Below are positions 12,234 to 23,001 of a stretch of 64,000 nucleotides of DNA, one piece after another. Positions within the stretch are counted from its first letter, which is position 1. Each line of letters starts with the position of its first letter. The translations under genes and the position numbers were made by a program. The notes under the pieces are model-generated. The model saw only the letters and a list, made by a program, of their open reading frames with translations. It had not been told where the DNA came from and did not search any database. The DNA is from Octopus sinensis (Eukaryota): contig NC_043013.1 of the NCBI RefSeq assembly GCF_006345805.1, positions 23,312,001 through 23,376,000 on the forward strand, read 5' to 3'.

Positions 12234-12453
12234 CCCTTTCGTTACCAAACCGGCTGACAATCTGGCTCTAAGTACAAATGTCTGGCTTTCAAAAGTTCTG
12301 AATTAAAATCTTCCACCAAACCTTAGTCACAATTTATGTTCCTAACACTAGCTTAATGATAACCAAGTTATTTTACTAAATTCTTTGTTATATTTAAACT
12401 TAATTGAAAGAAGAAACACAGAGCATCTCAACAGCGATGTGGTAACGAAACAG
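12234..12453. mobile_element. piggyBac-type MITE, copy 1
   Basis: TTAA-CCCTTTCGTTACC ... GGTAACGAAACAG-TTGA; near-identical interior to 12485-12700. Confidence 0.8.
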
Positions 12454-12484
12454 TTGAAATATATAATAGAGAAACAATTCTTAA

Positions 12485-12700
12485 CCCTTTTAATACCTAC
12501 CTGGGTGAATCTGGCCCTGTAGTAGAAATGTCTTGTTTCTATAAGTTCTGAATTAAAATCTTCCACCAAAGCTTAGTCATAATTTATGTTCCTGACACTA
12601 GCTTAATGATAACTAAGTTATTTTACTAAATTCTTTGTTATATTTAAAATTAATTGAAAGTAAAATAGAGTATCTCAAAATAAATACAGTAACGAAGGGG
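12485..12700. mobile_element. piggyBac-type MITE, copy 2
   Basis: TTAA at 12481-12484 and 12701-12704; ends CCCTTT ... GTAACGAAGGGG. Confidence 0.8.
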
Positions 12701-12709
12701 TTAAAATAC

Positions 12710-12788
12710 CTTTTAGAAATTGTAGAGCAACTCCTGTTTTGGATATGGTGGTTCTTGTACCAATGTGTCCTGTGCTTCTCTGCTGAAC
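12710..12788 (-). CDS. Probable internal exon of gene A
   Basis: Acceptor ccagacttgtag and donor AAAG/gtattt, 79 nt. The phase 0-1 frame VQQRSTGHIGTRTTISKTGVALQFLK joins the 11804 exon in frame; other frames cannot be excluded. Confidence 0.55.
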
Positions 12789-12843
12789 CTACAAGTCTGG
12801 CATAGAACTTAAAACAGTAGTGCAAACTTTAGAAGGCTTCAAC

Positions 12844-13021
<178 letters not shown>

Positions 13022-14214
13022 GTGTATTATCAGATTTGAAAACAAATTACTGCAAGAACAATTATTTTGTTAAAAACAAATTTATACAGAAAGCTTCTTC
13101 TAATCATGAAAACACGTTATTTATTAGAGAGGAGTGATAGCAAATAATAAAGAATACATCCAATACAAGCAACAGGCTGAACAGAATGAGGAGAATAAAA
13201 GAATTTGAATAAGAGGTTTCTTAAGGAAGAGGGAGGAGCCTGGGAAAAGCTTTATTCCTTATGGAGGAGTGTCAAAGCGAAAAGGTACAAGTGAAACTAT
13301 GCCCGTTCTATTTCTGTCACTTTCCTATTATTCCACTTTATGCCACATGAACTGAGGCCATGAAGCATAAGTATTACAACATGCAAGTGCTCTTTGCTGA
13401 TGTGAATTAGATATAAACATGAAGCATTCTTCTCAATATTTTCCTGTGCCTGATATCATAAGCATAGAAGAACTGTGAAGGTTTAAGTTTATGGCAGTGG
13501 TATATCTCGAGCGTGTTCTGCCCGAAGCAGCCCTTGAATTTGTCACCCCACCTTTTCCCTACACTGTCGCCTCCCATAAAAGCATTGCTGAGCTACTCCG
13601 AGTTTTTAGCAAATGCAAAAGACATGTGCAATTCTTTTAATTAACGTTGTCATCCAAACTTGAGAATGAAATGTAAAAACAAAGAAACTAAGAAGTTAAA
13701 TTCAGAAAACAGATGTTTTTTGTTGTTTCTTCAGGTTCTTCTGTAAAACTTTGGTTGAGAGAATCGGCAAATGGGTTCAGCATAAGAAACCATTCTCTTT
13801 CTTAATTAAAATTCGTATTATTGCTATTTTATTTCTTGTATTCTTGATTAGACATTGTAACATTAATTAAAATATTAAAACATTAAAAAATAATTATCAG
13901 TTTCCAATATACTCGCAATAAACGAAAGCAAACTTCTTTCTTCGATGGAGCCTGATGTAGAAATGTATGCAACATCAGGGATGGAGATTAAATTGCTTTA
14001 ATATGGCCGTTGCTGCTTGCAGAATACAAAATGAAAAGAGGCTTATACTGAATAGCTTTATACCAACAAAACAAATAAATTAAGTTCATTGGGAAACATT
14101 GCAGACTTTGTGTTAATAAATGTGCAATTTTAAATAAGATATGATTTACTTTGCTGTGCAATGAATGGGATGGGGTCAGCTTTTCTAAGACCCTGCTCAA
14201 AGGGTCAGATTGGA

Positions 14215-14545
14215 AGAGATATTGAAAGAGTGAATATCCATGACGTAAAAGCACCATCCGCTCATGTCCGTTGCCAGCCTCGTCTGGCCCCCGTGCCGGT
14301 GGCACGTAAAAGCACCATCCGTTCGTGGCTGTTTGCCAGCTCTGTCTGGCACCTGTGCGGGTGGCACGTAAAAAGCACCCACTACACTCACGGAGTGGTT
14401 GGCGTTAGGAAGGGCATCCAGCCGTAGAAACACTGCCAGATCTGACTGGGCCTGATGAAGCCTTCCGGCTTCACAGACCCCAGTTGAACCGTCCAACCCA
14501 TGCTAGCATGGAAAGCGGACGCTAAATGATGATAATGATGATGTT
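14215..14545 (+). mobile_element. Family A repeat (RTE-type 3' end)
   Basis: Ends CCAACCCATGCTAGCATGGAAAGCGGACGCTAAATGATGATAATGATGATG; opposite orientation to 11400-11665. Confidence 0.9.
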
Positions 14546-14787
14546 TATGGTGGGTGTTGGACTGACAACTCTTTTATCGATTAATTAGGAAAATAAGGCA
14601 GTGCCCGTGACATCTTTTAAGGTTTCTGAGATGAGTGAGAAGGAAAAACATCTCAAGCTAGAGAATTACCCCCCAATGCTCGCAACAGAGAAGACTTCTC
14701 AGGTAAAAGTATACAAGGATCATGTATGCTGTTAAAAAGGACCACAATGTGATTTGATCTCACAATGCATAGGACCAGAACGAATAC

Positions 14788-14843
14788 CGTAAATTATCCT
14801 GCCTCCCGTTTCGAATACAAGAAAGAGGAAAGGCAAATTTGAA
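14788..14843 (-). CDS. Possible internal exon of gene A
   Basis: Acceptor ggtctcttgcattttcag and donor ACG/gtattc, 56 nt. Open as FKFAFPLSCIRNGRQDNLR or SNLPFLFLVFETGGRIIY; inclusion is uncertain. Confidence 0.4.
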
Positions 14844-15672
14844 CTGAAAATGCAAGAGACCGGAATAAATGCTGTTATGAAATATGAATATTATATTCTC
14901 TAACTGTTTATATTTTACCATCTTCCCATTGTTATAAATCAATAAGGACATTCAAACTTATTTATTATTAATTACATCATCTACTTATTATTTCACTGCC
15001 AATAATCAGCCACCGGTGAAACAAGCAACAAACACGATATGTGCGCAACACAAACTAACTTTAGTAGAGCCAACATTATTAATTAAATATTTATTAAATA
15101 CAAATTATGGGCTGTTAGCAATTTATCCACATTGATGCGGTATCCATAATTTAGAGGATGGTAAGCAGCTACTGTACAATAAGTGCTTGAAATTGTTGCC
15201 TCGTTTTGCCAACCCTTATCGAAATAGTGTAACAAATTTAAATGAATTTGTCAAACTTCACAAACAATTATATGGGTTTCTTAAGAGTAAATAAGTTTTT
15301 AAACAATTGGACATGACATATTCATGATATCAGTTTGTTATCTCACATTTTGTTAACAATTCTTCAATTACTAATTAACAATAAAGTTACGAATTGTTAA
15401 CTGCTAATATAATTGGTAAATTAATACCTTCTGTAGTCTGGCCAGCTTTAGTAATTAAATATTTATTTAATACAATCGTGTACAATGGGCACATTATCAG
15501 CGATTTTCTGATTTGTTTCAACAATTGTTAAGAAATATTGCCAGTGGTTTATTCACAGTGAATAGGTGTCCATACTTTAGTGGATGTCAAACAATTTTAG
15601 TACAATAAAAGCACGAATTAGCTGCTTTGTTGACCACTGACAAAATAACACTAGGACCATAAGAGAAGGAAT

Positions 15673-16443
15673 TTGCCAGACTTCATTTGCAATAACACAT
15701 ATTATGGGAGAGAAAACAATGACAGCAACTTGAACATGAACTTAGTCCGGTGGAACATACAAACAACTCATGAATGTAGATGCGGAGAGAAAGCGATGGT
15801 GAGACATGTTCTGTCAAACTGCAGGCTAGCACTTGACAGATATACATGGCGTCACAATCAAGTCCTCGGCGTCATAAGTGCAGCACTCAGGGAGAAGATC
15901 GAGGGATATAATAGGGGAGAGTACCCAAAAGTGGAAAAGCATGGGAAAATATATTTCCAGGAGGGAAAAGGACATAAGTCCAGGCCTTCAAATAAAATAT
16001 ACGAGACAGACAAAAGATGGAAGGGATACTGGGAGCTGGTCACGGATTTGGAACGACTGTTATTTCCACTCATAAAAACGACAAAAAGACCGGACTCAAT
16101 CCTATGGAACACAGAACGAAGAATTGGAATAATACCAATGCTAGAGGAAGAGAACATCGCTAATGCAGAGGAACAGAAGGAGAAGAGGTACGAAAAATTA
16201 ATAGAAGAGTGCAGAGAACAGGGATGGACTGTCGAGTATTACCACCTGGCAGTGGGGGCTAGGGGCTTCATTGAAAGGAAGATGACAACGTTATTCAAAA
16301 GAAGGTTTGCATTTTCAAACTCAGAGCTGAGAAAAATAATAAGGAGAATACAGGAGGCAGTCGAAAAGGCCAGCTTCTATATATGGCTGAAGGGAGAAGA
16401 CCAAAGATGGCTTGAAAGCCATAACATGACGACTGGGAAATAA
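15673..16443 (+). mobile_element. 5'-truncated RLE-type non-LTR retrotransposon (HERO-like): CCHC finger plus restriction-like endonuclease
   Basis: CRCGEKAMVRHVLSNC...RYTWRHNQVL...WELVTDL...TTKRPDSILW...EEQKEKRYEKLIEECREQGW...VGARGF. These are the CCHC, RH and PD-(D/E)xK motifs. The usual ELTVPWE segment is eroded. Confidence 0.9.
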
Positions 16444-17931
16444 CATCGCTAGGTGAGACTGGCTGTTACTTGAGCAGCATCGCTGATTGACAGGTAGCGG
16501 TCTTGTTCAGGGCGCCCATTCCGCCTGGTTTGAAGGCTTGGACCACCAAACAGCTCTGGCTGCTGGAACTGAAACTAACACGACACGAAGGAAAGGTTTA
16601 GAGAGGGCGCCGGCTAAGATTACGCGCCCTTCCCCTCCATTGGTTAGTTGAAGTTTAGACAGTGTCACGTGACAACTGGCTGGTGCTGGCTGCTGGAGCC
16701 TTCCAGCGAGTATTTAGCCGGATGGTCAGTCACCCGCGGACACTCGGTCTTTCGCCTCCAGCCTGGTGGACTTGTTTACTATCGACTCGCCGTAAGGTCT
16801 GTTATTATTGCTATATTATTGTTACGTTAATTGTTGCCATAAGGAAACGTTTGTAGTGATCCTATACAATGGCGCGCGCTCGCGTACCGTCCATTTGTAT
16901 TTCGCGCGTGCGGGGTTGGTGCTTTCACCACCGGAAGAAGAACCCTTTTGCCTACGTAGCAGTTAGCCGAGGCAAGGGGATCGTAAGACGTTGACCACCA
17001 GCGTCCAGCAAGCAGCGACTTGAGACAGCAGCGACTGAAGGCGACGGTCACGTATATTTTCTCTCCGTCCGGACTAGATTCTAGCAGCACCTTACCAAAA
17101 GGCCTTTAACCAAATTGTTGCAGACCAACATCGTCTCCATTGTTCGCCGCCATCTTTGACCAGTGTCGTTTTGCATTTGAACACTTTCTTATTTACAGAG
17201 ATAAGGTTCAGCACGACACATTTATACCAAAGGGATACCAGATAACCACTTATTGTTACTGTTACCACATTAGAGAATAAAGTAGTATATATATCTTTTA
17301 CGTCTGTGTCTTGTTGTTTCTGACTGGTAGAATTCTGGATTATTAAAGCAACGGCTAGTGATTGCTTTGTGCACCCCAAAAGTGCACGAGGATATTCACG
17401 CTAGGTTCGTTACACGTTGTTATATCTTTGTTGAATATTGTGAACTGTGACCCCTTACCCTTTGGGGGAAGGAATTTTTGTTGAACTGTGAGACTATTTT
17501 GAGAAAAAACAATAAACAAAAAAATTAATATTATATTTTCACGTCGTTTATACGGTATTGTTTCTGTGTGTTAACCAAAATGTCTTCGATGGAAGAAAAT
17601 CCCAAATTGAACTTCGCTGCTGCCGTTGGCGGTCGCGAACAAATAAGCATAAAAATAGAAGAAATCCATATATTCTTCGGAATGATAAGCGAAAGTAATG
17701 GCGTATCAAAACTAACACCACCCAACGAACTCAAAAACAAAATCAAAGAGAGAACCATAATATATAAAAGTTATAACACAGAAAATGAAAGATTTGAACA
17801 CCTGGAAGAGAGCACTATAGAGAGATGTCTTGGTGCGACATTAAAAGAAATAAAATATCTAACAAGAGGTAATAAATTTGCCATAATAGAAGCAAGGTTC
17901 GAGTCAACGGAACGTGCAAGAGAATATATTT

Positions 17932-18150
17932 CTTTATTGCTCACAAGGGGCTAAACATAGAGGGGACAGACAAAGGGATTAAGTCAACTACATCGACCCC
18001 AGTGCGCAACTGGTACTTTATTTATCGACCCCGAAAGGATGAAAGGCAAAGTCGACCTCAGCGGTGTTTGAACCCAGAACGTAACGACAGACGAAATACT
18101 GCTGAGCATTTCGCCCGGCGTGCTAACGATTCTGCCAGCTCGCCGCCTTC
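17932..18150 (-). mobile_element. Family B SINE inserted into Tx1 ORF1
   Basis: Flanked by the TSD AACGTGCAAGAGAATA at 17911-17926 and 18152-18167; tRNA-like head at the 18150 end. Confidence 0.92.
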
Positions 18151-18337
18151 CAACGTGCAAGAGAATATTTGACTCGAACCTTGCAAAGTGGCAATATTTT
18201 GTTGTTGTCCCTAGATCTGGGGTGAAGGATGTCTCGAATTAAAATTTAAAATATCCCTCCTGAGGGCCACGCTGTCGTATAAGAGAGAAGATAAAATAAA
18301 AATAATTGAAATAACAAGAGACGGATCACAAAATTGG

Positions 18338-18598
18338 GGTACTACTAGCGAACAGTGGTCCCGGTGCGCGCACACGCGCATCCCTGCTAGCTAGTCGTAA
18401 GTAGTCGATCCTACAACGACTTGCGCGTATGTTTGTATTTCAAGTAAATAAATTATTTTTATAAACAAACTAAGGTTAGGGTTAAAAAAATTAGGTTTAG
18501 GGTCAGGATTAAAAAGTCGTTGTAGGATCGACTACTTACGACTAGCTAGCGCGACTGCGCGTGTGCGTGCACCGGGACCACTGTTCGCTAGTAGTACC
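18338..18598. mobile_element. Mutator-type MITE inserted into Tx1 ORF1
   Basis: TIRs GGTACTACTAGCGAACAGTGGTCCCGGTGC / GCACCGGGACCACTGTTCGCTAGTAGTACC and a perfect 9-bp TSD CAAAATTGG (18329-18337 and 18599-18607). A 9-bp TSD with long TIRs is the MULE signature. Confidence 0.88.
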
Positions 18599-19279
18599 CA
18601 AAATTGGCGGGGCCAGACCCTTGAGATCCTGGCCCAAGCTACCACAAATGACCTCGAAGAACTATCTGAGGTAATTGTCATGGATGATATAAATATCCCC
18701 ATCAATGTAGGGGGCAGAAAGCCACGTTGTTATAAATGTGACAAAAAAGGGCACATAAAGGAGAAGTGTCCAGAAAACAAAAAAAGAAATGAAGCAGCCC
18801 ACCACAACCACCTCCAAGGAAGCCGACCCTCATGAGGGGAGCTCTATAACTAAAACAAGCAAAAATCCTCTGGAAAAAGAGGTGTTACTTGTGGACAAGG
18901 AGGAGGGAAAACAACAAACAACCTCAGCTAAAACCAAAGAGGGTGCACTCCAGGCCACAGAGGCCGTTACTAGGAGGGCACCTAGCCAAGAGAAGGCACT
19001 CCCGGCCAAAGAGGCTATCAATGAGGGAGCGACCACCTCTCACTAGCCAACATACGAACAGTGAAGAAGAAACAAGTATGCAAGATACAAACGAAGGGTT
19101 CCATACAGTCTCTAAGAAAAGAACCAAGAATGCAGACTCTCCAACAAAGACTCAGGCCCCGAAAACAAAGGTACCAAAGCCGGAAAGAAAGAAAAGAAGA
19201 GAAAAAAGGACAATCATTCATAGGTATACCCATAGATATCCCCCAGAACAAAGACACGGTGACAGTGGCCTACAAAACT

Positions 19280-21815
19280 AAAAACATCTCTAGTCTAGAG
19301 CAGACTAGAGTAGAAAAGGATCTAGTTAAGACATTAGAAAAGGCACTGAGATCGGGCCCGGTATCACAAGAGTTGGCGGCGAGAGCGGCTTTGGACCGAC
19401 ATCTCAATACTAAGCACGAGGGATGCAGAGTCCGGGCTAGGATAGGTGCAATGGGCCGTGAAGGTATCAATGTTGTCAGATGGGATCGCTCGGAAGAAAC
19501 TCGACGTGGCATCGATGCTACGATTGGGTCTTTGGCAGATGAGTCCGGACAGGAGATCCAAGGACAAGAGGAGATATGCAAGGCCTTTCACAAACACTTT
19601 GCCGCGTTGTTCGGAAGGGGCCATGGAGATGCCTTACGGCGTTTTCTGGCTGGCGGCCCGCGTCTTTCGATCCGTGATGCTGAACGCCGCGAAGGACTAA
19701 TCACAGCCAAGGAGGTCAGAGAGGTACTGTCCGAGTGCCCCGGGGACAAGTCGCCGGGTCTGGATGGTCTTCCTTACGAATTTTCTAGTAGCATGCCAGA
19801 CTTGTTCGGGAACGTACTGGCCAGTGTGTACACGAATTGGCAGCAGAATGGGAGGATTCCCGAAGCTGTGAGCCGAGGAGTGGTGACACTGATCAGGAAG
19901 GACCCGAGCAAGGGGGATGACGTCAATAATTTTAGGCCCATAACTCTTTTAAACACAGAGTTAAAGATTCTGGCCAAGGTGCTTGCGAAGAGAGTTAGGG
20001 TTGTCGTGGGAGACCTGGTGGGAGAAGCACAAACATGTGTCATCCCATGTGTCATACACGACAACCTTCACCTCATTCGCTACACCATAGAGCGGTTGGG
20101 TAAAATGCATGGCAATGGTGGGGCACTAGTGAATTTGGAACAGTCTAAGGCGTTCGATAGGGTTGACCACAAATATCTGGCGGCGGTCCTCATGGCGGCC
20201 GGATTTGGCCCGACCTTCCGAGGCTGGATCAAAGCCATGCATAGCAATATCGAATCTGTAGTCCGGGTGAATGGGTTCTTCTCAAACCCCTTCGCGATCG
20301 AGCGTTCAGTTCGCCAGGGCTGTCCTCTGTCTCCGCTACTGTATGTATTGGCGCTTGATCCACTGCTGCGGATGCTGAGGGACACGGCGGTGAACCCACG
20401 TGATCTGGGTTATAGAAGAAATGTGTCGGCGTATGCGGATGACGTTACCATCACCGTATCTGATGAAGGGCAGCTACCTCGCGTAGAAGACGCCATCAAA
20501 GGATACGAGACGGTGGCAGGAGCCAAAATGAACCAGGAAAAATCAGTCGGCTTGCAACTCGGCACCTGGCGGGGTAAGTCGATGCCTTCCAACATGGTCG
20601 TCGGGCGCTGGACGGAGGGCTCGGTTAAAATTCTCGGGGTCTGGTTCGGACCGGACCTCCAGGTGGAGAAGAACTGGGGTGAGGTGGCGAGCAAGGTGAC
20701 ATCCATAACCCAAAAGTGGTCTGGGAAGAAGTTATCCTTGTTGGGAAGGGTGGAAGTTGCGCAGGTGTTCATGCCATCTGTGATTACCTACCGCCTAACT
20801 GTCGTGCCTTGCCCCGGTTTGTGGCTGACCATGTTGGAGAGGATCCTTTTCCACTTTTTGTGGGGAAGTAGAACTCCACTTGTAAAGCGCTCCATCTGTT
20901 GCCAGAAACCGTTAAAGGGTGGGCTGGGGATGCCCTGGCTAATGATGCGCAAGTACGCGCGGAGGCTGAGACATCTCCGGTGCCACCTGGATGGTGAGCA
21001 GGTGTGGTCATGGCATGCCGAGCTGGTATTCCCAAAGGTAAAGTCCGGACTTAGGTACATGGATCCCGCGGAGACCCAAGCTGGGGGAATTGCGGGAGGA
21101 GTGCAGACAAGCACTTTCCCTCCTCTTTCGAGTGAGCAATGCTGACAGCAGGGTTACCACAGCGGATTTTTATAGCGGGTTGGTAGAGCTTAAGTCCGAC
21201 GATGTCCTGGGGGAGACTCAGGGCTTCGATAAGAAGCAGCTAGCCAACCTGTTCGGGAGGACTTTCGGGTCGAGATTTCTGGATAACTACCAGAAATCTT
21301 TGACCTGGCTGTACTACCGATCGGCTTTACCGGTTCGAAAAAGGTTGTCAAGGCATGGTACTGACACCTCCCCCACGTGTCCGAGGTGCGGGCGTGCCAG
21401 TGAAACGGTTACGCTCGCCTTCGTATACTGTGGGGAGTTTAGGGAGTTGATGACCTTTGCTGAACAGCTGATGTCGGATGCAGAGGGGGTACGGCTCTCG
21501 TCTGAGTCCATGATAAAGATTGTACCATCTTCTTCTTTCACCAAAGAAAAGAAGGTAGCTTTTCTCTGCATAGTAACTATACTGAAAGATGTGGTATGGA
21601 AGACACAAGCGAAAGGGATTGCGACAGGCCAATTCATCTACGGACGTGAGCTGGTGAATTACTTCGCCGCCCATCTTTCCAGCAAGATCCGTCTGGAGAG
21701 GAGGAGCCTGTCGCAAAGAGTATTCGGTAAAAGATGGATGGAAGTTGTAAGAAAGTTGAGTATGCAAGGTGCTGTGTTTGCGCGGTCGGTCCACGTGCAA
21801 GAGAATGGAAAGTAA
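19280..21815 (+). pseudogene. Tx1-type ORF2: reverse transcriptase plus C-terminal zinc finger, no APE
   Basis: KSPGLDGLPYEF, FRPITLLNTELKILAKVLA, LEQSKAFDRVDH, RQGCPLSPLLY, AYADDV, and CPRCGRASETVTLAFVYC after a frameshift near 21100. Confidence 0.92.
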
Positions 21816-22281
21816 TTACTTAAAAGGAAACCAACCGGCGGGTTAGTCCACTAACCCGAATAGAATAATGTAATACCCATCGTTTATATTTTTAATTTAA
21901 TCACTCATTTTCATATCATTTTATTCTCATGTATAAACCCATCCGTTTTTAATTTGTGTAATGGGCGCGTTTGATCCTTATATGTTCCTTGTCTGTCCCC
22001 TCTATGTAAACCTTTTTTTAGGTAAAATAAAGAAATATGCCCGCTGACATTCGTTGACGCTGCATCGAAGAAACCAAAGAAAAAAGTAAAAAAAAAAAAA
22101 GAAGAAAGAAGAAATGCGCTCAACATCAGAGCTGAAGACCCCACGAAAGTGGGGGGGGGGTCGCCACGTCAAAGACGGTAGAGAAGGGGGGGGGGGCAAC
22201 ACCCTAACCGCTACGCCGCGCGGCCCTCACGTATACACACCTTATGTGAAACTATTTCTTGTCATTTCAAACCAACAACAC

Positions 22282-22397
22282 CTTCATAGTGTCCCTTTCA
22301 TTAATCTGAAATAATCTTTCCCAGAGCTGGTCCCTTATATTTGCCAAACTCTTTCTCTGGATACTGCAAATTTGGTGGAGGACATTTTGACAAGGAA
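22282..22397 (-). CDS. Probable internal exon of gene A
   Basis: Strong acceptor ttttattctgttgactcttttag. The phase 1-0 frame (V)PCQNVLHQICSIQRKSLANIRDQLWERLFQINERDTMK ends at donor AAG/gtgttg. An alternative 33-nt phase 0 exon with donor GCA/gtatcc is possible. Confidence 0.5.
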
Positions 22398-22789
22398 CTA
22401 AAAGAGTCAACAGAATAAAAGAACAGACATGTATGAAAATATGGCTGTGGTCCATTATGCTCACAACTAATTTGGGATGATCATCGCTGGAATACCTTTG
22501 ATTTAAGGACTCCTCGATCAGGGGTCATCTGGAATTGAACATTTATTGACGGGAAATCAAAAGCCTTAATAATCAAGGGAAATAACTTTTTTAAGAAGTG
22601 TAGGGGTAGAGTCCCCTCTTATTAAATGACCGTTCTAAAAACTTCATCACTTGTTCGTTCCTTTCTATGTGTTTGCTTACATCTCCACCTCTCTCTTATT
22701 CGCGTGTGCTTGCAATCACGCCAGATTCTGTATCTCTGTGTCTGGTATGAGGTTTTAAAACAGTTCTCTTAGTTGGTCACTAACAAGGT

Positions 22790-23000
22790 TGGCAGTGAGC
22801 TAGCAGGATCGTTAGCGCGCCGGACAAAATGCTTAGTGGCCTTTCGTCTTTCTTTGTGTTCTGAGTTCAAATTCCGCCGAGGTCAACTTTGCTTTTCATC
22901 CTTTCTGGGTCGATAAAATAAGTACCAGTGAAATGCTGGGTTCGATGTAATCGACTCATCCCCTCCCCCCAAATTGCTGCCCTTGTGGAAAAATTTGATG
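22790..23000 (+). mobile_element. Family B SINE
   Basis: GTGAGCTAGCAGGATCGTTAGCGCGCCGGAC...GTTCTGAGTTCAAATTCCGCCGAGG. Confidence 0.85.
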
Positions 23001-23001
23001 C

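Larger units (their letters stand above)
17580..19280 (+). pseudogene. Interrupted Tx1-type ORF1 (gag-like, zinc knuckle)
   Basis: ATG at 17580. Removing the SINE (17932-18150) and the MITE (18338-18598), each with one TSD copy, restores ...ESTERAREYLTRTLQSG...RMSRIKI*NIPPEG...EITRDGSQNWRGQTLEI...GRKPRCYKCDKKGHIKEKC. In-frame stops remain. Confidence 0.8.
16600..22113 (+). mobile_element. L1/Tx1-clade LINE, near full length but inactivated, APE domain deleted
   Basis: CpG-rich leader, ORF1 with a CCHC knuckle, RT ORF, zf-RVT-type C-terminus, AATAAA at 22026-22031 and an A-rich tail at 22068-22113. The 5' boundary is uncertain and no TSD was found. Confidence 0.85.

Noticed and set aside
16855-16890. 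...TACA-A-TGGCG as an LTR end plus primer-binding site
   Set aside because: No second LTR, no recognisable tRNA complement, and no integrase or protease; the downstream ORFs are non-LTR type.
18470-18510. TTAGGG-like runs as a telomere relic
   Set aside because: Only a few imperfect units, internal to a MITE.
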